A stretch of DNA of 64,000 nt from an uncultured Thermoplasmata archaeon (GTDB lineage Archaea > Thermoplasmatota > Thermoplasmata > Lutacidiplasmatales > UBA184): NCBI GenBank assembly GCA_963749195.1, contig CAVVLX010000010.1, forward strand, positions 32,812-96,811. The letters are read 5' to 3'. A program made the position numbers and the translations under genes. The notes below the pieces were generated by a model. It worked only from the letters and a program-made list of their open reading frames with translations, did not search any database and was not told where the DNA came from. Below, piece after piece: positions 28,402-38,457 of this stretch (the stretch's first letter is position 1; every line of letters begins with the position of its first letter).

Positions 28402-29271
28402 CTACTCGCGAGCGCTCGGGAGGCTCTCGACGAATCCATGGAGCGCGGTGTCAAATGCGTCAGGCCGGGAGAGGTTCAAGAGGTGGTCCGCGCCGGAAAC
28501 GAGCTCTACCTGGGCCCCCGCGATTCCCTTTGCGAGGAAGTTCGCGCAGTGCGGCATCGCCGGATTGTCCTGATCTCCGACGAGGATTCGGGTCGGGACG
28601 CGAATCTCTTTCAACCGAGTCGCAGCGGGAGCTCCTTCTCGGGTTTCGAATTGACCGGACCGCTCTTCGAAGACCTCCTTTGCGTTATCCCGTACCATCG
28701 TCTGGAAGAGGTCAAGGGCGGGTCCGGTCAGCGCCGACGCCCACAGCTGCCGAAGCTGTTCCGTGGCCTCCTTGAGGTTTCCCGCTGCCCACGCGTCCGA
28801 TGCCGCCTTGGAGAGCCTCTCGTCGCGCTCGAAAGTGGACTTCCCGCCCGGAACGTGGTCGTAATCCATGCCTGAATACCCGGGGGCGACGAGGAACAAG
28901 GCACCCACCTTCTGGGGGTATGCAAGAGTCAGGTCGAGGGCGATCTTGCCCCCCACGCTGGGTCCGACGATGAGCGGTCGTTTCATGCCAAGGTGATCCA
29001 ATAGGGCTATTAAATCGCGGACGGGAGAAAACTCCGAGGTCGCCGGCGTGGAACCCCCGTACCCCCGGAGATCGTAGCGCACCACTCGGTAGACGCCGGC
29101 CAGCAGCGGGAACTCCCGATTCCACATGCGCCGGTCCGCGATTCCCTCGTGAAGGAGAACGATGGGCCGCCCGTGTCCTCGTTCCTCGTAGGAGATCTTT
29201 CCGCCCGGGACATCCAGACTGTGCGTACCGACGGGAGCTTTCATCGCCCGGAGAGCGGCGTAATGCCTCAT
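28402..29271 (-). CDS. alpha/beta hydrolase
   Basis: 289 aa. Oxyanion region VLLHEG, a nucleophile-elbow-like GPSVGG and a C-terminal GADHLL (His). Confidence 0.9.
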   Translation of the reverse strand: MRHYAALRAMKAPVGTHSLDVPGGKISYEERGHGRPIVLLHEGIADRRMWNREFPLLAGVYRVVRYDLRGYGGSTPATSEFSPVRDLIALLDHLGMKRPLIVGPSVGGKIALDLTLAYPQKVGALFLVAPGYSGMDYDHVPGGKSTFERDERLSKAASDAWAAGNLKEATEQLRQLWASALTGPALDLFQTMVRDNAKEVFEERSGQFETREGAPAATRLKEIRVPTRILVGDQDNPAMPHCANFLAKGIAGAQVELVSGADHLLNLSRPDAFDTALHGFVESLPSARE

Positions 29272-29474
29272 AAACGAGCAGGGGGGATGTTGGAACGGTT
29301 CGGGATCGAGCTGGCTGGTGGTGGACGCCCTCCGATCACGAACAAGTCAGGTTGGGGATCAGAGGGGTAAATGGCGATCCGGCACCATGCACCAGGATGC
29401 CGGAACGGATCGTACTTTGAATCCGCGATCGGCTCGCGCGGTTCCTTGAAAGGGAACTCGCCCTCTCCGATCAA
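29268..29474 (-). CDS. possible small coupled ORF (68 aa), unknown function
   Basis: The TTG at 29472-29474 lies 2 nt after the upstream stop (29477-29479). Its TGA overlaps the hydrolase ATG (ATGA at 29268-29271). No family is recognised, and it could be a chance ORF in GC-rich DNA. Confidence 0.3.
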   Translation of the reverse strand: MIGEGEFPFKEPREPIADSKYDPFRHPGAWCRIAIYPSDPQPDLFVIGGRPPPASSIPNRSNIPPARL

Positions 29475-29476
29475 GT

Positions 29477-30343
29477 CTAGAACCGTCCATTCATTTTTAG
29501 GACCTTCAACATCTCGACCGTTTGCACGCCGCGCCATTCGAACTGCGTAATCGGAGTCCATATTGGGAAATTGACGTTCCAACCACCGTCGGACGCTTGC
29601 GCTTGCTCGAGTCCATCGAGTTGGCGTCCGATCTCCCTTTCCGAGAATAGCTCGCGAGAGAGGCGGCCCGGATCGGGTGCGTAGTCGAGTGGGCGGAACA
29701 CTTCGGCCTTCGAGTCCACATCCATTTCGACTACTCCCTTTGCCAGGATCTTGGGGCGAAGACGCTCGAACTGGCTCGCGGCTCTCGCACGATCGGGAGC
29801 GTGATCGAGGAACGACAGCGTAACTCGGAGTTCGTATGGGTTCACGTCGCGCATTTGCTCGATGTGCTCCCAACACCACCGGTCGGCCCGTGTGAGCCAG
29901 GCGCTCGTGATCCCACTTTTATGAAGCAAGGCGGCGATACCCGCCGTGGGGTTGATGGACGCAGGCGGTCGACGAGACTTGGAGTACCACCACGGAGCGT
30001 GCGGAGAAAGATTCGCGGACGGCAGGACGAACGGAACTCCGCCGCCCTTGATCGAGATCGCGTCCAGGTATCTGAGAATATTCCGCAGCCGGACTCCCCC
30101 GACACCCTGTAGTTCGTCCAGCAGTCCGAGCGCCATCCATACTGGAATCGGCTGGCTCTCCGGCCCCCGGAGGTCGGGTTCCAGAGCGTTCCCGTATCCT
30201 CCGTCGTCGTTCTGGTAGGCGTCCAATGCGGCCAGAACGGCCGCTTTTGGTCCGCTTTCGAAGAGGAACGAGAACCGAAGCCGCTCCAAGAGACGCGCGT
30301 TCTTTGAGAGAAACTCCTTCGCAAGAGCGATCGGTCGGTGCAT
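29477..30343 (-). CDS. prenyltransferase / squalene-oxidase-repeat-like (alpha/alpha toroid) protein
   Basis: 288 aa with QW-like repeats (QNDDGGYGN, ASDGGWNVNF). Confidence 0.6.
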   Translation of the reverse strand: MHRPIALAKEFLSKNARLLERLRFSFLFESGPKAAVLAALDAYQNDDGGYGNALEPDLRGPESQPIPVWMALGLLDELQGVGGVRLRNILRYLDAISIKGGGVPFVLPSANLSPHAPWWYSKSRRPPASINPTAGIAALLHKSGITSAWLTRADRWCWEHIEQMRDVNPYELRVTLSFLDHAPDRARAASQFERLRPKILAKGVVEMDVDSKAEVFRPLDYAPDPGRLSRELFSEREIGRQLDGLEQAQASDGGWNVNFPIWTPITQFEWRGVQTVEMLKVLKMNGRF

Positions 30344-30513
30344 GGTGGGTGACCCCCGTCTGCGCAGGCCTAGCCGGGATTACTGAGACGACGGAGAGAT
30401 CATGAAACACTCCGAGGGTCGTTGAATCATTGGACGTGGTAGCGGCCCCGGAATTCGGTGGGTCCTACTCTAGGTGCCCCAAAAATCCGATGTGAAGCGA
30501 GGGGAAAGTTACC

Positions 30514-30524
30514 TTGCAACCACC
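30514..30524 (+). other. copy of recurrent intergenic motif TTGCA[AC]CCAC(C): TTGCAACCACC
   Basis: Exact core match, 175 nt upstream of ATG 30699. Confidence 0.5.
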
Positions 30525-30698
30525 CTGTCTCTTGAGCCTCGGAGAGAATCGCTAGTTCTAGCTCTCTGGAAATCTCAGAAGCTTTGCTTTCGACCGAGCA
30601 CTCGTCCCTAGGAGGAGCTTGGTTTGATTCAAAACTATTTGTAATCCCACCCTCGTCCCAGAGTCGCGGTCGCTACGGGGCGATCGGCAAAGGGACAC

Positions 30699-31739
30699 AT
30701 GCCGACGGGAGTCAATCGTCGATGGGTGCTTGCGAAGCGACCGGAGGGTAAGGTCGAGGAAGCTGACTTCCGCTGGGAGGAGGGCCCGATCCCGTCGCCG
30801 GCGGAGGGTCAGGCGTTGGTCCGCAATCTGTGGATCTCCCTACATCCCACCGCTGTACTCTCCATGAACGCCTCTGAGTCGGAAGGCGGGATCGCGCTCG
30901 GTGGAGTGATGCAGGGCGATCTCGCTTCCCAGGTCATTGAATCCCGGCTCCCCGGTTTCGAGCCGGGGGACCTCGTGGACTCCTTCGCCGGGTGGGAAGA
31001 TTACTCTACGATCGATGGCGGGGGATTCATTCCCGCCCGAAAGTTCTCTCCCGACATTCCACCCAACCTCGCGCTGGGCACGCTGGGGGTTACCGGCATG
31101 GCCGCCTACTTTGGCGTCCTCGAGGTCGGTCGTCCCCGGGCGGGTGAGACGTTCGTGGTCTCGTCGGCTGCGGGGGGCGTCGGCTCGGTCGCCGCTCAGA
31201 TCGCGAAGATCCAGGGACTTCGAGTTATCGGGATCGCGGGGGGGAAAGTGAAGTGCGATTGGCTGTTGAATGAGGCCGGACTCGATGGGGTCATCGATCA
31301 TCGCACGGAAGATGTTGGTAAGCGGCTCGACGAACTGTGCCCTAAGGGCATCGACATTTTCTTCGACAACGCGGGCGGGGCTGTTCTCGACGAGGCATTG
31401 ATTCGATTGCGTCAGAACGGCCGGGTGGTCGTCTGCGGAGGCACTTCTCGATACGCAGCGGTCGGTTCCCCCCCTGGACCGCAGAATTACCTCAACCTTT
31501 GCATGATTAACGGGCGCATGGAGGGGCTTCTCGCGAAGGATTACCTCCCACGGTTTCCCGAGGCGGTCGCAGCCTTGAGGAAATGGATTCGATCCGGGCA
31601 GCTGAAGTCGAAGGAGGACATCGTAGTGGGGCTCGAGCACGCTCCGGCTGGCTTTGCCCGAATGTTCGCGGGAGATAATCTTGGAAAGCAGATGCTCAAA
31701 ATCGCCGATCCGCCGCTGCCCCTCCGACCCGTGGACTGA
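30699..31739 (+). CDS. NADP-dependent oxidoreductase, medium-chain dehydrogenase/reductase family (CurA/YncB/PTGR-like)
   Basis: 346 aa. Cofactor loop VSSAAGGVGSVAAQIAK and a typical N-terminus KRWVLAKRPEG. Confidence 0.9.
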   Translation: MPTGVNRRWVLAKRPEGKVEEADFRWEEGPIPSPAEGQALVRNLWISLHPTAVLSMNASESEGGIALGGVMQGDLASQVIESRLPGFEPGDLVDSFAGWEDYSTIDGGGFIPARKFSPDIPPNLALGTLGVTGMAAYFGVLEVGRPRAGETFVVSSAAGGVGSVAAQIAKIQGLRVIGIAGGKVKCDWLLNEAGLDGVIDHRTEDVGKRLDELCPKGIDIFFDNAGGAVLDEALIRLRQNGRVVVCGGTSRYAAVGSPPGPQNYLNLCMINGRMEGLLAKDYLPRFPEAVAALRKWIRSGQLKSKEDIVVGLEHAPAGFARMFAGDNLGKQMLKIADPPLPLRPVD

Positions 31740-31865
31740 ACTCGCGGCGTCGCACCTTGGACGGGAGCACACTTCGTTGCGTCCGTGGCTGCGAACTGGA
31801 ACGATAGCTCGCGCCGGGATTCTCAGAAAAAACCGCGAGAACAGGTTGATCGTGCCGAAGTCTTA

Positions 31866-32903
31866 ATGCCGTGGACGCCCACTTTTGTCTTTATGGTCGA
31901 TGGGGCTCCCGCTCCGCCGGCGGATTCCCCTTCGCCTCCGCTTTCCGTCCGAACGTCCCAAGTCGGCGGGAAGCCCGGGCTGACGGTCGTGATCGTCATA
32001 GCCCTCGCGCTGATTCTCGTGCTAAGCATTGTCCTCCTGGGAGCTTCCAGCGGCGGCCCCACGGCCGTTTCGTTTTCCTCCGCACGGGCCATAGCCGGAA
32101 CGACCGCTGCAACCGTACCTGGAACTTGGAATCTCGTCGATGCGGTGGGCTACGATGCTTCGACCTCTACGAGCGAGCCGCTCAATTTGTCCGAGATCTC
32201 GTCCAACTGCACGGTCACTTCGATCTCCGGAAGTCTGCCGAGCTCGCTTACATTCCCTTCCTTCCACGGCAACCTGTCGGCGGGGGTCGCCACGGAGTGG
32301 GAATTGGGTTTTCTGCAGCCCGCGACGCAAACTGAGCTCGCAATCTCCATCGCCGATGGGAGCGTGAATCTCGCGGTCGAAATTTCCGGGCCGGGGTGCT
32401 TCTCCACCGAGGAGTCAGGCCTTAGTGGGATTCCGAGCACCGTCGTGGATAGTACCGTGGCCGCCTCCGGGGTCGCTTCGGCGGGCGCGGGAACGTTCCT
32501 CGCCGCTCACCCGAACGGGGTGACCTTGGAGATGATCCTCTTCCCGTACAGCTTTGGATCTTCGGGAATCTCTGAGTCCCCGGAGTGGTTGTTCGACTAC
32601 AGCACCTGCCCGCTCAACTTTGGGAATGTCACCTCGCCTCCGGGCGAAACGTTCTCGGCGGACGTCAATGCCTCGACCGGCCAGCTGGTGATCGGTTCAG
32701 TCCTTAACGGATCTTGCGGGAACTTGACACCGGCTCTCGAGACCATCGGCGCCGCGATGCAACTCGGCCTATCCGGCCATCTCGTCAATCTGGGGATCCG
32801 TGAGGCCCTGGCGAGCGAAGGATCTACAATTGCGGGCCATTGTTCCTCTCTGTGCCTACGTTCATCGGTCCGAGACGAAGCGCATACCCGAGGGTCGAAT
32901 TAG
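31866..32903 (+). CDS. membrane-anchored, probably extracellular Ser/Thr-rich protein with many N-x-S/T sequons
   Basis: N-terminal TM segment LTVVIVIALALILVLSIVLLG. Sequons are NLS, NCT, NLS, NVT, NAS, NGS and NLT. The start is set to the ATG at 31866. Confidence 0.55.
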   Translation: MPWTPTFVFMVDGAPAPPADSPSPPLSVRTSQVGGKPGLTVVIVIALALILVLSIVLLGASSGGPTAVSFSSARAIAGTTAATVPGTWNLVDAVGYDASTSTSEPLNLSEISSNCTVTSISGSLPSSLTFPSFHGNLSAGVATEWELGFLQPATQTELAISIADGSVNLAVEISGPGCFSTEESGLSGIPSTVVDSTVAASGVASAGAGTFLAAHPNGVTLEMILFPYSFGSSGISESPEWLFDYSTCPLNFGNVTSPPGETFSADVNASTGQLVIGSVLNGSCGNLTPALETIGAAMQLGLSGHLVNLGIREALASEGSTIAGHCSSLCLRSSVRDEAHTRGSN

Positions 32904-32938
32904 TGACCTAGAAGTAGTCGGATTCCCTGGCGGACGAC

Positions 32939-33262
32939 ATGCCGACCTTCTTTGGGCTCTGGAAATTGAACTCGTCTTTGCCACCCCCAGCCGATCCCCA
33001 AATGCTGGTGATGCAGAACGAAGCGTTCCTCGCACTGTTTCAAGCGCAGGTGAAGAGCGGAATCGTCAAAGAAGCGCACGCATTTCTTGACGGTGATCGC
33101 GGCTACTTCATTTCCGGGGACGTGTCGGCCGAGGCGCTTCAAGAAGCCATTGCGTCCTGGTTCCCCTATGTCACGTTTGAGCTTCACCAGACCGTCAAGT
33201 TTCCGAAGCCGATCGAGAACGCGATCAAGATCGCGAAGCAACGCGCCGCGATGATGAAGTAG
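32939..33262 (+). CDS. small alpha+beta protein (DUF3303-like by recollection)
   Basis: 107-aa ORF with a clean stop and a protein-like composition. Confidence 0.5.
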   Translation: MPTFFGLWKLNSSLPPPADPQMLVMQNEAFLALFQAQVKSGIVKEAHAFLDGDRGYFISGDVSAEALQEAIASWFPYVTFELHQTVKFPKPIENAIKIAKQRAAMMK

Positions 33263-33480
33263 CAGTCGGATCGCTCCCCTCTTACGCCGCTTGCCCCCCC
33301 GATTGAGCGCAGGGATTCTTCAGCGGCACCGCAGATCCCGCGTTCGGATCCACCTTCGAACTCTGCCGAAGACCGAAGAGTCGACTGGGGGCGCCATCAG
33401 GCCCCTCTGTGCCGTGTGCCGGCGGCACTTAGAGCCTGCTTATCCCCTTCGGCGGCGCTGATAGAGGTAAGGAGCAGAAA

Positions 33481-33909
33481 ATGACACAGCTAACAGAGCA
33501 AGACGCCCGCCAAATGTTCGCCGTTGCGAACACCCGAAATGTCGAAAAGGTCGTAGAGCAGTTCGCGGAGGACGCGACGTTCCAGCTCCCGACGATGGTC
33601 ACCCCTATCCACGGCAAGCAGGCGATCCGAGAGTACCTGAAGGGTACCTTCGAGGCCTTCCCCGACTGGACCAACGACATCACCCATGTCTACGTCTCGG
33701 GCAATGAGACCGTCGCCGTGAACTCGATCCGTGGAACCCATACCGGGCCACTGACGGGGACGGATGGCAAGTCGATTGCCCCGACGAACAAGAAGTTCGT
33801 CCAGGACGAGATGACCCGAGTGGTCGTCAACGAGCAAGGACAGGTCAAGTCACTTCGCGCGTACGGCAACCCTTCCGACCTCTACCGCCAGCTCGGCCTC
33901 TCGAAGTAG
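33481..33909 (+). CDS. SnoaL-like / ester cyclase (NTF2 superfamily)
   Basis: 142 aa with AAGGAG 8 nt upstream. The segment GTHTGPLTGTDGKSIAPTNKKF parallels the ester-cyclase copy at 46922..47371. Confidence 0.8.
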   Translation: MTQLTEQDARQMFAVANTRNVEKVVEQFAEDATFQLPTMVTPIHGKQAIREYLKGTFEAFPDWTNDITHVYVSGNETVAVNSIRGTHTGPLTGTDGKSIAPTNKKFVQDEMTRVVVNEQGQVKSLRAYGNPSDLYRQLGLSK

Positions 33910-33963
33910 GCCGGACCCACCCGCGGTACTGAAGTCGCACGCAGCGAATACCCGAACCCCTTC

Positions 33964-33982
33964 CCCGGTCCTTCGGACCGGG
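33964..33982. terminator. GC hairpin (CCCGGTCC-ttc-GGACCGGG) followed by a T-rich stretch, in a convergent spacer
   Basis: Perfect 8-bp stem, 55 nt after the SnoaL stop and ~200 nt after the PaaI stop on the other strand. Confidence 0.3.
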
Positions 33983-34184
33983 TTCCTTTACGGGTTTCCT
34001 GCACACTCGGAGCCCCTGACAGGTCACGAGCCTGCCGGGAGGGGGTGTTTTCTCCCCGCAGTGCGCGCTACGCTGTAGCTGCAAGGGCAATCTCACCGGA
34101 TGAACCGTCCGCTGAACGTCGAATTCCATCTCGATGGACCGAATCTTTTTCGTACTCAACGGGACGGTTCAGTCGCAGACCGAT

Positions 34185-34694
34185 TCATTTTGAATCTGGA
34201 GAAAGAATCAACATCGTGGAGGTCGCGTGGGCGTACAGCCGCTGGTTGGAGTCTAGGAGTCGGGCCTCTGCTGAAGCGACGCGCGCGCCGGAGTGAATGA
34301 CGTGGCCCTCGGCGCGCAGCGTTCCGACCTTGGCCGTTACCGACTTCAGGAAGTTGACCTTGAGTTCGACGGTGGTGTACCCCCGCCCAGCGGGCAGGGT
34401 CGTGTGAAATGAACACCCCATCGCGGTGTCGAGAAGCACGGTGATAATCCCGCCGTGGACGTTCCCGAGGGGACTGTACATGTACTCGGCGGGATCGAAC
34501 TCGAACACCACGGAGGAGGGTTCTACCGATACGATCCGGATCCCGAGCAGCTGCATGAACGGTGGGGGAGGCAGGTCCCCGGCCAGGAACGCCCGCATGA
34601 ACTCGATCCCGCTGAGTTTCTGGATCGGTTCCTCAAACCGTGCCGGGTCCTGCCAGCGAACCGTGCGAGTACGTGGATCGGAAGCATCTGCCAT
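34185..34694 (-). CDS. PaaI-family hotdog-fold thioesterase
   Basis: 169 aa. NVHGGIITVLLDTAMG and the hotdog layout. Confidence 0.9.
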   Translation of the reverse strand: MADASDPRTRTVRWQDPARFEEPIQKLSGIEFMRAFLAGDLPPPPFMQLLGIRIVSVEPSSVVFEFDPAEYMYSPLGNVHGGIITVLLDTAMGCSFHTTLPAGRGYTTVELKVNFLKSVTAKVGTLRAEGHVIHSGARVASAEARLLDSNQRLYAHATSTMLILSPDSK

Positions 34695-34970
34695 TGCGCC
34701 CGCCAGGAATCGACTCGGCTACCGTCTCGTAGGTCATCAAGCCTCGGGCTGGCTCGGGCACGAGCCACTGCAGGGTGTCACCGCGACCTTCGTCTACACG
34801 GCGAGTTGCCCACGCCGATGCCCGACGTCCGGTCGACGGCTCCTCGGTATTGTTCTACGCACCCTTGACTGTGCTACCCCGAGAGCCTATCCCACCGGAG
34901 GTAGGCCAATTGCCATTCACGCTCACCTCCGACGGATCGGTGCCGCGGACGGCGCGCGGGCTCTTGGCTT

Positions 34971-36053
34971 CTAGGTTGCTTCCTGGACCCGTTTCAGGAC
35001 CCGGAGGGCCTTCAGCGTGATCCACTTGCTCGGCTTGCCGAGCTCCTCGATGACGAGCGGTTTGATCTTCTCCTTGTCCGGATGAATCGTGGTCTTGGGA
35101 CCGATGTCGGGATGCAGCCGGTCCATGATCCACTTTCCCTCGCGCTGCCGTTTGTCCGTGAGGATCTTCAGTGCCGGTCGGAGCCGTCGGTCGCCGGCAA
35201 AGCCGAGTTGAGTCAGCACGTCTAGACCGACGAGAATGTCGTAGTAGTAGTGGTTCGGATAGTGAAGTCGGAGCCACGGAGGGTATGCTCGGCCCTCCTC
35301 GAACAGCTTTCGCTCGAGATAGAATTCGGCCCCTCTCGAGATCGCGTCCTCCATTCGAGGGGTACGCTTCGTTTTCGGAAGCGATGCGAAGGCGGCGAGG
35401 GGCTCCCAAACGTCGAGGGTTCCGGGCGTGCCCTGGGAACAATTCCATCCGCCGTCTTTCCGTTGGTCCTCGATCAACCAGTCGTAGAGCATTCGAACCC
35501 GGCGGTCGTCGGCGTACCCGAACCGGGTCAACATTCGAGCGGTGTTCGCCGAAATGCACATTTCCTCGTGGAAGAAATTGAACGGCGAGCTTAAGCGGAG
35601 CTTGAACTCGAAGAGGAGGTCCGCGATTTTTTTGATTCCGGGAGTCGAGGAGTCGAGCCCAAAGTCCGAGAGGACCAGGGCTCTCCAATTCGTTGCGCCG
35701 AAAACCGGGAAGTAGAGAAAATCGATCCACTCTTTGACGTTCTTGGGCTCGTGCGTCTCCCAGAACCCCTTAGGTCCCTGCCGGCGTAGTTGTTCGTAGG
35801 CCCACCCGACCCGAGCGATCTTCGAGCGGGTCGTTTTGACCTCGGGGTCGGACTCCTTTCGATCGAGCAGGTCGACCAACGCCGCGTAGCGGACTGCGGG
35901 CTGATCCTGCTCGAGGAGCCAGTCGAGGACCTTCGCGTCTTCGGGAGAGCCCGCTAGCTCGAGATGCTCGCTCATAAATCGATAAGTCTCCGCTCGCGAG
36001 TCGCGTAGTTGGTATTTGAGCTGAGCAAGAGGTCGTGAAACGGGCCCTTCCAA
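34971..36053 (-). CDS. prenyltransferase / terpenoid-cyclase-repeat-like (alpha/alpha toroid) protein
   Basis: 360 aa. QRKDGGWNCSQG QW-like repeat. Distantly similar in character to 29477..30343. Confidence 0.65.
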   Translation of the reverse strand: MEGPVSRPLAQLKYQLRDSRAETYRFMSEHLELAGSPEDAKVLDWLLEQDQPAVRYAALVDLLDRKESDPEVKTTRSKIARVGWAYEQLRRQGPKGFWETHEPKNVKEWIDFLYFPVFGATNWRALVLSDFGLDSSTPGIKKIADLLFEFKLRLSSPFNFFHEEMCISANTARMLTRFGYADDRRVRMLYDWLIEDQRKDGGWNCSQGTPGTLDVWEPLAAFASLPKTKRTPRMEDAISRGAEFYLERKLFEEGRAYPPWLRLHYPNHYYYDILVGLDVLTQLGFAGDRRLRPALKILTDKRQREGKWIMDRLHPDIGPKTTIHPDKEKIKPLVIEELGKPSKWITLKALRVLKRVQEAT

Positions 36054-36177
36054 GGAACGCGGCGAATACTCTCGGGAGCAGGACCGACCTCTTCGAGAAG
36101 GTTCCGTTGGAGAATGCCGTTGAGGGGCATCCCTGCTCGTTTCGCGGAAAGGTTCAGGTAGGGCTTTCCCTTCTTTG

Positions 36178-37572
36178 ATGTCGCCAACCTCACTGATGAT
36201 TCCATCGAAGATACGATACGCGCAGAGCGGTCCCGTTCACATCGCGTACCAAACCTTTGGCTCGGGCCCCATCGACTTGGTCCTGGGGTTCAGTGGAATC
36301 GCCCAGCTCGAAGTCATGTGGGAGGAACCTTCGATGGTTCGACAATTCCGCGACATCGCGGGATTTAGCCGCCTCATCTTGTTCGACAAGCGAGGGGTCG
36401 GCCTTTCCGATCGAAACGTTGGAATCGCGACGCTCGAGGACCGCATGGATGACATTCGCGCCGTTCTCGACGCCATCGGTTCGAGCCGGGCCGTTCTATT
36501 CGGGACCCTGGATGGTGCGCCGTTAAGCATTCTCTTCGCAGCGACCTATCCCCAGAAAACCCTCGCCTTGGTACTCTGGGGGGGCCAAGCACGCAGTCTA
36601 TGGGCGCCCGATTACGCCTGGGCGAAGACCCAGGAAGAATGGGAGACCGAGATCAAGCGCGATGAGGATGAGTGGGGCAGTGATGCGCACGTCGACCGAA
36701 TGGTCGCCCAACTAGCTCCGAGTAGGACGGGTGACTTGGAATTCAAGCAGTGGATGTCTCGTCGACTCCGGTTCGGGGCGTCTCCGGCCGAAGGGAGCGC
36801 CCTCAGCCGAATGAACATGCAAATCGACGTCCGTTCCGCCCTTTCCTCTCTGCACGTTCCGACCCTCGTCATGTTCACCCCCGAAAGTAGGGCGTCCTCG
36901 GTGGAGGATGCCCGGTTCCTTGCTTCCCACATCCCCGGCGCCCGCTTGGAGGAGGTCAGCTGTCCGGATCACCTGTTTTGGGTGACTCGTCCGGGAGAGG
37001 ACCAAGTCATCGGAACCATGCGTCGATTCATCGAAGGCCTGGTCGGGCGCGCTGAACCGGATCGGATTCTCACCACGGTACTTTTCACGGACCTCGTCGG
37101 ATCTACCCAGCGCGCCTCGGAGCTCGGGGATCGGCGATGGTCCCAACTGCTCGATCGCCACTTCGATGCCCTTCGGAGTGAGGTGGCTCGCCATCGGGGA
37201 ACGTTGGTGAAGACCACGGGTGATGGAGGGCTCTCGATCTTCGACGGGCCGACTCGGGCGATTCGATGCGCGCTCAGCTTGACGAAGCTGGCCGAGGCCG
37301 ATGGACTTTCCGTTCGTTCGGGCCTTCATACCGGAGAGTGCATGCTGAAATCGGGGGATGTCCAAGGGATTGCGGTTCACATCGCATCGCGGATTGCGGA
37401 TCGGGCCGGTCCGGGGGAGGTTCTCGTCTCTAGCACCGTGAGGGACCTGTCTGTGGGGTCGGACGTTGATTTTGAACCGCGGGGTGCTCACGCGTTAAAA
37501 GGCGTGGAAGGAGAGTGGCGACTCTATTCCGTAGGAGCGGGAGGGAAACAGGAGTCGCCCGCTGTCGGCTGA
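36178..37572 (+). CDS. alpha/beta-hydrolase domain fused to class III adenylate/guanylate cyclase
   Basis: N-terminal hydrolase fold (DLVLGFSG..., DKRGVGLSD). C-terminal cyclase (VLFTDLVGST, KTTGDGGLSIF). ATG 36178 is preferred over TTG 36175. Confidence 0.9.
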   Translation: MSPTSLMIPSKIRYAQSGPVHIAYQTFGSGPIDLVLGFSGIAQLEVMWEEPSMVRQFRDIAGFSRLILFDKRGVGLSDRNVGIATLEDRMDDIRAVLDAIGSSRAVLFGTLDGAPLSILFAATYPQKTLALVLWGGQARSLWAPDYAWAKTQEEWETEIKRDEDEWGSDAHVDRMVAQLAPSRTGDLEFKQWMSRRLRFGASPAEGSALSRMNMQIDVRSALSSLHVPTLVMFTPESRASSVEDARFLASHIPGARLEEVSCPDHLFWVTRPGEDQVIGTMRRFIEGLVGRAEPDRILTTVLFTDLVGSTQRASELGDRRWSQLLDRHFDALRSEVARHRGTLVKTTGDGGLSIFDGPTRAIRCALSLTKLAEADGLSVRSGLHTGECMLKSGDVQGIAVHIASRIADRAGPGEVLVSSTVRDLSVGSDVDFEPRGAHALKGVEGEWRLYSVGAGGKQESPAVG

Positions 37573-37810
37573 ACTCTAGCGGCTGGGTTCTATCACTCAC
37601 CCCTTACCTCTGCGGCAAGCCTGGGCGAAAGTCGCATGGGACCGAGCCCTCCTTAGCGGACGTTGAAGTCAAAGGAAGTTAGATCAGGTTGGCCGGATTC
37701 CAACTTGCCATTCCGTAATCCGCTCTCGGGCTCCGCAATTCATCAGCGGCCCCCGGGGACGCTCGATTTCCTAAAGAGCGCATGAAGGCTGATCGCCGGG
37801 AGCGAAGGAC

Positions 37811-38215
37811 ATGGGGCTTGTTGGACGGCACCCCAAAGTGCTCCGATCACTCCGACGCGAGGGGTCGGGCCGACGAACTTCGGCGACCGGAGAGGTCGGA
37901 CGCGTGTTCCGCGGGGCCGGTTTCGAGGTAGTCTGGGTGTACAAGCGAGGGGAGAAAATAGACTCGAACTGGTTCTCTCTACGGGTCGTCGACCTGCTCG
38001 CGGTCGTACGAGGTCGGCTCAGGGTCGAGTTTGCAGACCGACACACCCGCTCCCGAATACTTGGCGTCGGAGACGTCTTGGTACTGCCTCCCCAAACACG
38101 CTGCAGGGCCTACCGCTGGCCCCGAGATTCCCGTGGTCCGACCGTCTTCTTGGCCATCTACCCGATCTCTCGGAGTGGTTCATCGTCTCGACGGACCCAC
38201 GAGCGCTCGCACTGA
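37811..38215 (+). CDS. cupin-domain protein (tentative)
   Basis: 134-aa beta-rich ORF (FEVVWVYKRGEKID..., GDVLVLPPQTRCRAY). Confidence 0.5.
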   Translation: MGLVGRHPKVLRSLRREGSGRRTSATGEVGRVFRGAGFEVVWVYKRGEKIDSNWFSLRVVDLLAVVRGRLRVEFADRHTRSRILGVGDVLVLPPQTRCRAYRWPRDSRGPTVFLAIYPISRSGSSSRRTHERSH

Positions 38216-38457
38216 GCCCGGTGAACTCGCGCTGACAGGTCCGAGAGAGAGAAATCCATGATTTAAGGGGGAAGAATACCTTCCCAACGGTCCCGCTGCC
38301 AGTCACCGGTTTCCCGAGGGCGTCCGAAGACTGGGTGCGTGTCTCATTGCGCCCAGCTCTTGGTGGCAAGGGGCAGAGAAATCAAGCTACCCGATCACTT
38401 TCATCGAGAATTTTGCCTGAAGAACCTGAGGGGGTGCTCGTTTGTTCGAAATCATGA

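Noticed and set aside
30840-31772. 310-aa minus-strand ORF opposite the MDR oxidoreductase.
   Set aside because: It is a shadow ORF. The + strand gene has clear cofactor motifs and the expected length.
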